From NCBI GenBank assembly GCA_963827655.1, contig CAWHCF010000050.1, positions 64,001 to 128,000 of the forward strand: 64,000 nucleotides of DNA. Reading direction: 5' to 3'. This document shows, one piece after another, positions 1 to 7,890 of this stretch. The stretch's first letter is position 1; every line of letters begins with the position of its first letter. Below the pieces are notes generated by a model. That model was not told the origin of the DNA, ran no database searches, and saw nothing but the letters and a program-made list of their open reading frames with translations. The position numbers and the translations under genes were made by a program. The DNA is from an uncultured Acidobacteriota bacterium. Its GTDB lineage: Bacteria; Acidobacteriota; UBA6911.

Positions 1-118
1 CGGTAGCGGCAACGCGCGCCATAGGAAAAGACGATCATACCTGCCACGATCCCATACGACCCTTTGCTGGCGCTTTGGACTCGTTCACCAGACCAGGCTC
101 GAAAACCTGATGTAGACC

Positions 119-244
119 CTGTGGCGACGGGCCATTGGCTCCGAATCGCAAGTAACGTAATCGCTGATGCCTTAACCTTAAAAGTTCGAAGTAGGGCTGC
201 CGGTCAATCAAGAGCCGTTCGCTGAATTTTTTCACAGATCACTC
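119..244 (-). repeat. Partial copy of the MITE internal module plus an outer TIR-like end
   Basis: The reverse complement of 119-194 (CTACTTCGAACTTTTAAGGTTAAGGCATCAGCGATTACG...GGCCCGTCGCCACAG) matches the core of the 60449-60653 element. AATTTTTTCACAG at ~226-238 matches TIR-like ends at ~60174 and ~60709. Confidence 0.7.
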
Positions 245-361
245 GAAGACATTGAGCAGGGTTTTGCGTTTTTGAACAAAACACAGGAACCATGGTCAAA
301 ATGCCCCATTGAATGAGACAATTCTGAATCCAGTTACATACCTGGAGAAAACCGGAGCAAC

Positions 362-937
362 ATGAAAGATACCGTCGAAACTGTCGATGTCCCTATCCTG
401 GACGCGACCAGAGAAAACGTAGCCGACTACGGCCTTTTCATAGGGACGGACGTGCCGGATTCCGGTCTCAAGATTCCGTTCTACAAAGGCTCCGTCGAAG
501 AGGGGCACAATTTGCCGTTCGAGTGCAAAGGCAGTGCAGTCATCCGCACTGCCCGCATCAGCCGCCGCAACCCGGAGGTTCTCTGGCTGGAAAGGCATAT
601 GAATATGACGCAGCTTTTCATCGGGCTGGGCGATCAACCGTTTGCCATGGTGCTCGGCAAACCCAATCACGAACAAGGAAAGAAGGCTCCCGATCTCGCC
701 GAGGTGAAGTGCTTCATACTGCCGCCCGGCCACGGAATCATGCTTCATAAGGGCACCTGGCACGACTTTCCGCTGTGCGTCAAGGATCCCGTCACCGTGC
801 TGACGGCTAACTCTCCTGAGGTTGTTGAGGCGCTGTCCGGCATGGCTGAAGCCATGGAGATGGACCATGGCGACGTTTTCAAGATCGAAGTGAAAAAACA
901 CACCGGCAAAATGTTGAGAGCCTCGTTCCGAGGGTAG
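362..937 (+). CDS. Ureidoglycolate lyase/hydrolase family protein (AllA-like cupin)
   Basis: Motifs WLERHMNMTQLF and GIMLHKGTWHDFP resemble the LERH..TQ.F and GTWH motifs of this family. GGAG RBS upstream. Confidence 0.75.
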   Translation: MKDTVETVDVPILDATRENVADYGLFIGTDVPDSGLKIPFYKGSVEEGHNLPFECKGSAVIRTARISRRNPEVLWLERHMNMTQLFIGLGDQPFAMVLGKPNHEQGKKAPDLAEVKCFILPPGHGIMLHKGTWHDFPLCVKDPVTVLTANSPEVVEALSGMAEAMEMDHGDVFKIEVKKHTGKMLRASFRG

Positions 938-980
938 CTGCTTGTCTGCCGGCCAGGACCAGGTTCACGAAGGAGTCGAT

Positions 981-2102
981 GTGCAGGTAAAGGCGATCAA
1001 GATTCTCACCAGCAGTCCCGGTGATGTCAGCGAGCTGACGCGCCTGATGGACGAAGGTATCATTGTTGCCTCGGAAGTTATTTGCATCATTGGCAAAACC
1101 GAAGGTAATGGGGGAAGGAACGACTTCACTCGCGACCTGGCCATGGCGGCTTTCGAAGATCTATTCAGCCGCAGGCTCGGTATCGACCGGCAAGAGGTGG
1201 TGGAGCGCATCATTTTTTCGCTTTCAGGCGGCTGCGAGGGAGTCGTATCGCCTCATATCGTCGTTTTTTCGATCGCGGGAACCCCTGCCGCAATCCCTCA
1301 TTCGCAGAAGCGACTGGCAATTGGAATTGGTTTTACGCGTGAGTTTTCTGCCGGCGAGATTGGACGTATGCCTCAAATCGAGGAAACAGCCAGGGTTATA
1401 CGAGAAGTAGTGGAGGCGTTGCGAATCGAGGCGTGTGGCGATGTCAAGCTGATACAGATGAAGGGCGCCATTCCGAAAGTCTCATACGAGGAGTCCGAAG
1501 CTGCTCGCAAATCCGGTAAGCCGATGCGCTCCGACATGGTCTACTCGCGTGGCGCTTCCGCTCTGGCAGCCGCTGTGGCGCTCGGCGAAGTCGAATTGTC
1601 CGCTCTCGATGACGATTCGATTTGCGCGGACTGGGACAAGTATTCTTCGACTGCTTCCTGCTCTGCCAAACCGGGACTGAAGCGAACCGAAATCGTAGTT
1701 ATGGCGAATTCTTCTTACTGGGACGGGAATCTCGTCATCGAAGGCGGTGTGCTCAAAGATATGATCGATGTCAACTCGGTAAGAGAGGTTCTTTCCGGGC
1801 TCGGAATAAATGTCGAGGCTCAGGCCACTGCTGAACAGACCGAGCGACTGGTCGGTATCTTCGCCAAGTCGGAGGCCGATCCGCGCCTTACCATTCGCGG
1901 GCGGCGTCACACCATGCTGACTGACGATGACATTAGCGATACGAGATATTCGCGCTGCATTCTTGGCGCTGTTATTGCCGGTGTCACAGGCGATACGGCG
2001 GTATACATCAGCACCAGGTCGGAACACCACGGACCACTCGGTGGGGGAACCATTGCGATCATAGCAAAGGCGACTGCCGGCGACGCGCGTGAAGCGAGCT
2101 GA
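981..2102 (+). CDS. Ring-opening amidohydrolase, cyanuric acid hydrolase (AtzD)/barbiturase family, divergent
   Basis: GKTEGNGGRNDFTR, SGGCEG, SRGASALA, FAKSEAD, RRHTMLTDDDI, EHHGPLGGG. GTG start at 981 after AGGAG; the ORF track starts at 942. Confidence 0.88.
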   Translation: MQVKAIKILTSSPGDVSELTRLMDEGIIVASEVICIIGKTEGNGGRNDFTRDLAMAAFEDLFSRRLGIDRQEVVERIIFSLSGGCEGVVSPHIVVFSIAGTPAAIPHSQKRLAIGIGFTREFSAGEIGRMPQIEETARVIREVVEALRIEACGDVKLIQMKGAIPKVSYEESEAARKSGKPMRSDMVYSRGASALAAAVALGEVELSALDDDSICADWDKYSSTASCSAKPGLKRTEIVVMANSSYWDGNLVIEGGVLKDMIDVNSVREVLSGLGINVEAQATAEQTERLVGIFAKSEADPRLTIRGRRHTMLTDDDISDTRYSRCILGAVIAGVTGDTAVYISTRSEHHGPLGGGTIAIIAKATAGDAREAS

Positions 2103-2424
2103 AACGTCCTGTGACTCATCGCGACAGCGTGGCTCCAGCACTGGTCTGTTGCGGCGCGCACGATCGCGTTCACGACTTTCCTGGACCAGACGGATCCTCA
2201 ATCGGAGGACGAGCCTATGCGCTGATTAGAGCCCTTCGTCCGGCGGCTTGCTAGTCCGTTCGATTCCTGAATCGTACCTCGTGGATCGCCGTCCGTTCGA
2301 AGGTGAAGCGGAGAGGTCGTCCTTGCAGCGAATGATGACCGTGCAGGAGCCTGACCAATCGTATGGGTACGTTCGTTCGAGTACCTGAGCCGGAACAGCG
2401 TATTTTTTGCAGTCCGGAGGAACG

Positions 2425-3525
2425 ATGAATCGCAAGCGCCATTTTCTTCTTTTTTTTCTTGTCGCCGCAGTCGCTGTTCGCGCCGATGACATCGATGATT
2501 ACGTCAAGGGCCAGATGCAGAAACTGCATATTCCCGCGGTTTCTGTTGCGGTGATCAAAGACGGCTCTCTGATCAAGGCCGAAGGATACGGGCTTGCGGA
2601 TATGGAACATGGCATTCCTGCCCGACCCGACACCGTTTTCAAGATCGGATCGGTGAGCAAGCAGTTCCTCGCAACCGGAATCATGCTGCTGGTTCAGGAC
2701 GGCAGGGTCGCTCTGGACGACAAGGTCAGCAAGTACCTTGCCGAGGCGCCGAGCACGTGGCAGGCAATCACGCTTCGTCATCTGCTTACCCACACCTCAG
2801 GCCTTGTGCGCGAGGGACCGGGTTTCGACCCGTACAAGCTTCAGCCCGATATCGATGTCATCAAAACAGCCTATCCACTCCCGATCCAGTTCAAGCCTGG
2901 CGAAAAATGGCAGTACTCCAACCTCGGTTACTTCGTGCTGGCGGAAGTCATCCATAAAGTCAGCGGAAAACCGTGGGGCGATTTTCTCGCCGAACGAGTG
3001 TTCGCTCCGCTGGGGATGACCGCCACCCGGGTGACCAGTGTCGCGGACATGGTCCCAAACCGCGCCGACGGCTATGCGTGGAAGACAGACAAATTCCAGA
3101 ACACGGAAAACTGGCCAGCCGTACGCCCAAGCGGCGCGTTCCTGTCGACTGCACTCGACCTGGCGAAGTGGGAGGCCGCTTTGCTCGCGGACCACGTTCT
3201 GAAGGGATCAACCAAGACGGAGATGTGGACGCCGGCGATACTGAATGACGGTCGAAAGTACCCTTACGGATTCGGCTGGCAGCTCGACGACTTTCCCGCC
3301 GGTTCTCCGGCTCCGACCGGTGTTCCGATGATCCGGCATGGAGGCTCGATGCCTGGATTCCGAGCCGGCTATTTTCGTTGGCCGAATCACGGACTCGCCG
3401 TGATTGTACTTGCCAATCTTGAAAACGCACCTGTCGAAGGTCTGGGAGCAGCTATTGCGGTCCGGTACGTGCCTGAACTCAAGCAGGCTTCGCTCCCGCC
3501 TCAGGCCGCGCCGGTCCCGAGATGA
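2425..3525 (+). CDS. Serine hydrolase, beta-lactamase/AmpC family, secreted
   Basis: Signal peptide, F.IGSVSK (SxxK), LLTHTSG, YSN, HGG motifs. ATG at 2425 after GGAGG. Confidence 0.88.
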   Translation: MNRKRHFLLFFLVAAVAVRADDIDDYVKGQMQKLHIPAVSVAVIKDGSLIKAEGYGLADMEHGIPARPDTVFKIGSVSKQFLATGIMLLVQDGRVALDDKVSKYLAEAPSTWQAITLRHLLTHTSGLVREGPGFDPYKLQPDIDVIKTAYPLPIQFKPGEKWQYSNLGYFVLAEVIHKVSGKPWGDFLAERVFAPLGMTATRVTSVADMVPNRADGYAWKTDKFQNTENWPAVRPSGAFLSTALDLAKWEAALLADHVLKGSTKTEMWTPAILNDGRKYPYGFGWQLDDFPAGSPAPTGVPMIRHGGSMPGFRAGYFRWPNHGLAVIVLANLENAPVEGLGAAIAVRYVPELKQASLPPQAAPVPR

Positions 3526-3715
3526 CCAAAATGATTGCGGTCCTCGTCGCAGGGATATTGCTTTCGCTGGTGCCGGGAGAGCTAACCACAAAATTCCGGA
3601 GCCGCAGGCCTGCATCGATGTAGAATGGCCCTCACCGACGTCAAGGAACCGCCGGGCGGGCGCCGGAAGTTAACATAAAACGAACCCCTCAATTCAATGG
3701 TGAACAGGAGTAATC

Positions 3716-5362
3716 ATGACTGAAAAACTGCACGACGGTGTCACGCGGCGTGAGCTGTTCCAGATCGGGAACGTGCTCGCCATGCCGGTTCTCCTGGGCG
3801 TCGCGAAAGCCCACGCAGAAGGGACGGCCGCGGTCGGTCCGCTCAAGTCCGGACCGGAGATCTACCAGTCGATCGGCGTTGAACCGGTCATCAACTGCCG
3901 CGGGACGTTCACAATCATCGGCGGATCCGTGGAGCGTCCCGAGGTCCGCGCCGCGATGGATGCGGCGGCGCGGTACTACGTGCAGATCGACGAACTGGCC
4001 GACGCCGTCGGCCAGCGGCTCGCCCAGCTGACCGGCGCGGAGTGGGGCATGGTGTCGGCGGGATGCGCCGCGGGGTTGAAGCACGTCACCGCCGCATGCG
4101 TGACGGGCGGGAACCCCGAAAGGCTCATTCGCATTCCCGATCTGACCGGTTTCGACAAGACCGAAGTCGTCAGTCCGCGGTACTCCCGAAACGTGTACGA
4201 CGCCGCGGTCCGCAACATCGGCGTGAAGATGATCACGGTCGAGACGCCGGAAGAGCTCGAGAACTCGCTCGGTCCGCGTACGGCAATGATCTATCTCACG
4301 TCCGGCGGAGCCGCGTCGTCCGGGCCGCTCTCGCTCGAGAACGTGGCGAAGATCGCCCAGCCGAAGAACATACCCATCCTGGTTGATGCGGCCGCCGAAG
4401 TGCTGACGATCCCGAACGTGCACCTTCAGAAAGGCGCCACCATCGTCGCCTACAGCGGAGGCAAGGCGCTCTGCGGCCCGCAGTGCGCCGGCCTGCTCCT
4501 GGGCCGCAAAGACATCCTCATGTCGGCGTGGCAGGCCAGCTCGCCGCACCACGGCCCGGGCCGCGACAACAAGGTGGGCCGCGAAGAAACGCTCGGCATG
4601 CTGGCGGCTGTCGAAGCGTGGGTGAAGCGCGATCACGACGCGGACTGGAAGACGTGGCTCTCCTGGCTCGACAACATCTCCAAGCGCGTCTCCACCATCG
4701 CGAGCGTGAAGACGTCAGTGCGGGAGCCGACGGGCCTCTCGAACAAGAGTCCTTCGCTGACCATTGCGTGGGACCCGGCACAGCTGCACGTCACCGGCGA
4801 AGAAGTGGCCGAGGAACTGGCGAGGACCAAGCCGAGGATTGCGCTCGGCGCTGACGGCCGAGGCAACGAGGCCGCGCCGGGAACCACCTCGATTTCGGTC
4901 ACTGCCTGGATGATGCAGCCCGGCGAGGACAAGATCGTGGCGGAGCGAATCCACGGTGTGCTGTCCAGGAAGCGCGACCCGCGATCCACGGAAATGACTG
5001 CGCCTTCGGCGGGCGTCAGCGGACGCTGGGACGTGGACATCGAATTCTTCAGCAGCAGGAGCCGGCACACGCTGTTCATCGAACAGGACGGCAACTGGAT
5101 CCAGGGTTCGCACCAGGGGGACTTCACGGTGCGGGACATGGTCGGCATGATCGAGGGCAGCGACGTGAAACTCCGCAGCGTCGAACGCCGCCCCGGCAGC
5201 CTGGTCACTTTCATCTTCTCGGGCACGGTATCGGGCGACAGCATGTCGGGCTCGATTCACATGGGCGAGTATCTGAACGCGAAGTTCACCGCGAAGAAGC
5301 ACAGCTATCCGACGGAACGCACGCGCATTGTCGTGCCCAAGGGGCCGCCGCTGGCAACCTAG
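3716..5362 (+). CDS. SelA-like (DgaE-type) PLP-dependent enzyme with Tat signal and C-terminal beta-rich domain
   Basis: TRRELFQ Tat-like motif; GVEPVINCRGTFT, LVDAAAE and YSGGKALCGPQ (PLP Lys); ~110-aa C-terminal extension. Confidence 0.8.
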   Translation: MTEKLHDGVTRRELFQIGNVLAMPVLLGVAKAHAEGTAAVGPLKSGPEIYQSIGVEPVINCRGTFTIIGGSVERPEVRAAMDAAARYYVQIDELADAVGQRLAQLTGAEWGMVSAGCAAGLKHVTAACVTGGNPERLIRIPDLTGFDKTEVVSPRYSRNVYDAAVRNIGVKMITVETPEELENSLGPRTAMIYLTSGGAASSGPLSLENVAKIAQPKNIPILVDAAAEVLTIPNVHLQKGATIVAYSGGKALCGPQCAGLLLGRKDILMSAWQASSPHHGPGRDNKVGREETLGMLAAVEAWVKRDHDADWKTWLSWLDNISKRVSTIASVKTSVREPTGLSNKSPSLTIAWDPAQLHVTGEEVAEELARTKPRIALGADGRGNEAAPGTTSISVTAWMMQPGEDKIVAERIHGVLSRKRDPRSTEMTAPSAGVSGRWDVDIEFFSSRSRHTLFIEQDGNWIQGSHQGDFTVRDMVGMIEGSDVKLRSVERRPGSLVTFIFSGTVSGDSMSGSIHMGEYLNAKFTAKKHSYPTERTRIVVPKGPPLAT

Positions 5363-5563
5363 GGACGTGCGATTAGTCATTCGCGTCGATTGTTTCATTT
5401 AGTCATTATGTCAGTTCATGGGGCTAGACAAGGCCCAGAGTAGTCGTGTCGAGCGACGAACCTCGGCCCGCAGCACCCGACTAATGACAGCATATGACGA
5501 GATCGGACGAATCGACGAACGATCGACCAGACCTGACGAGCTTTCGTGCCCGCTCGGAGAGCC

Positions 5564-5591
5564 GGACGGGCTTGATAGCCCGTCCGCACAT
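5564..5591 (-). repeat. REP-like hairpin GGACGGGC-TATCAA-GCCCGTCC
   Basis: Identical 22-bp palindrome also at 32852, 36756, 46533 and 60482. Confidence 0.85.
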
Positions 5592-5668
5592 GCATATCAG
5601 GTGCCGTATTCCAGGGCGCGCCGCGAAATAACCAATCTCCAGGCCCCGTCTAGCCAACGAGGGGAATC

Positions 5669-7433
5669 TTGATGATCGTATTCCCGTTAATCTTGAGCGG
5701 CCTTCTCGCCGCCGCGCAGACGCCCTCCGATCGGCTCGAGGCGCGCCTGTCGGCTCATGCAATCTCCGGTGTCTTCCGCTCCGCGCTGGGGGTCACACGT
5801 CAGGGCACCAGGATTCCTTATCTTTTCACGGCGGAGGATCTGGACTACAACACGCGCCGGACGCGCGTGCTGCTCGTGGGCGGCCTTGACGGTTCGGATG
5901 CATCGGTCGATTCCGTGCTCGAGGCATTCCACTGGTTCCATACCTCGCCGGCAGCGGGGAAGTTCAGGACATCCTTTGCCGTGTCGGCCGTCCCGGTTGC
6001 AAACCCGGATGGTTGGTTGAGAGGCGGGCCGGGCAACGGCTCGGGCGGCGATCCGACACACGGTTATCCACCCCCAGGCGAAGCCTACAATAGTGCGACC
6101 GACCCCGAGGCCGCCTACCTTTGGAGATGGATCGGGATGCATGCCGCGGATTTCGTGGTGGAAGTTCGAAAGGGAAAGGACTACGGTTTCGCCCTTTCCG
6201 ACGACGAGGGACTCCGAGAACTTGCTCGCTTCCTCACTCCTGGCCGGACGCTACCGCCGTCGGACGAGCTGGTTCCGCAGCTTGCGCGCGCCGCACCAAG
6301 CGGCACGGGAACCGTGCCGGCCGTCCGGGTCGAACTTTCCGGGAAGACTTCTTTCCTGGATGCGCTTCTTTCCGCCCTGCGCCAGGCGAAGTTCACCGGA
6401 CCTTCTCCCGCGCGCCGCGAGATCCAGCGGCGCCTGGCGCGAACACCGCTCGAAACCGCGCGCCAGCTTGCCGCACCACTACGGCCATGAGCTCGAGGAT
6501 GCCGTGTATATTCCGGCAATGGCCGTGATCGGAAGGCTCCGTCTTGCCGACCTGACCGGCGACCCAGCGGTCCTTCAGGACGTCGAACGCATCGTGGAAC
6601 CTTATGTTGCCGGAAGGAAACCCGCGCTTCCGCCGCAGGTGAGCGGCAGTCACTTATCCGGCCACCTTCTCTTCGGCGAGCTAGCCCGGCGAACTGCGCG
6701 CCCCCGCTATCTCGAGCTGGCCCGAGCCGCAGCCGACCTCGGATTTGATCAACAGGGAAGACCTCGTGAATCGATGCCTTTCCATAACGAGATGAGTGAC
6801 GCGGTTTTCATGGGGGGCCCGATCCTGGCCCTTGTGGGCCGGCTTACGGGTGAGGCGCGTTACTTCGAGCAGTGCATCCGCCACCTGCGCTTCATGCTCG
6901 GGCTCGATCTACGGCCGGACGGACTCTGGCGGCACTCGCCCCTGGATCCGGCAGCCTGGGGACGAGGCAATGGCTTCCCGGCGCTTGGCCTGGCTTTGAG
7001 CTTGTCCGAGATACCACGCGACAATCCAGGGCGCGACGAGATCCTCAAGGTCTTCCGTTCCCACCTGAATGTTCTTCTCGCCCATCAGGACCCGACCGGC
7101 GCCTGGCACCAGGTGATCGATGCAACCGAAAGTTATCGTGAGCTGACCGCGACGTGCATGATCGGGGTGGCGATGCTGCGCGGGATTCGCTCGGGCTGGC
7201 TCGAGCGCGCCCGCTTCGAGCCGGCGGTTGAGCGCGCCTGGCATGCTGTCCAGACACGAGTAGCTCCTGACGGCACGCTCGTCGACGTTTGCACCGGTAC
7301 CGGAAAGCAGCGTAGCCTGCGCGATTATCTGGACCGCCCGGCGATCCTCGGCCGCGATCCCCGTGGCGGGGCGATGGCGCTTTTGTTTGCTGTCGAGATG
7401 GCGGAGTGGCAAGTCCAGCGCAAAAAGCGGTGA
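5669..7433 (+). CDS. Fusion of a degenerate M14 carboxypeptidase-like domain and a GH88/GH105 unsaturated glycuronyl hydrolase; frameshift near 6470-6480
   Basis: ORF 5669-6490 (signal peptide, NPDG, PEA) and ORF 6093-7433 (MSDAVFM, WGRGNG, WHQV, ELTATCM, DVCTGT) join by removing one base; the span is 3n+1. Confidence 0.72.
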
Positions 7434-7513
7434 CTCACGTTTCCGGAGTATGCCCATTGGCGCTGCGACCCTGGCGGTTGCCTTGGCCAGGATTTTTGTG
7501 GGATTATCCCGCT

Positions 7514-7747
7514 ATGGCATTAACCACTGTCGATAAGAAAAAGCGCGTCGTGATTCCGTCAGCCCGTCCTGGAGACGTGTTTGATGTGCAGCAGCAGGAT
7601 GAGGGACGGGTGCTGCTGGTTCGTCTCGTCCGCCCGCAACCCCAAGTCCGGATGACCCGGGCCGAATGTCTCCGGGCCATTGCCGCCGCGCCACTGCGTC
7701 CTGAAATCGAATGGAATGAACTCCGCCGGCTCACCCGCGAGCCATGA
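7514..7747 (+). CDS. AbrB/MazE/SpoVT-type DNA-binding protein (orphan antitoxin-like)
   Basis: MALTTVDKKKRVVIPSARPGDVFDV resembles the swapped-hairpin motif; 77 aa. Confidence 0.65.
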   Translation: MALTTVDKKKRVVIPSARPGDVFDVQQQDEGRVLLVRLVRPQPQVRMTRAECLRAIAAAPLRPEIEWNELRRLTREP

Positions 7748-7890
7748 TGCTGCCAGGCGCTCAGATCAAGAAGAGCCTTCCCGCCGGCGCGCCCCGGCCT
7801 TATACTAGCGGCGCCGCCTTTTGCCTCAAGTCAAAAGCCTGAAGGAAAAAGGATCCTCATCGCCAAAGGCACCCACCAGGGGGGCGGGAT

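Noticed and set aside
3716-5362. Calling this gene selA as part of a Sec pathway with selD
   Set aside because: Tat-like leader, DgaE-type features, 17 kb from selD, and no selB/selC seen.
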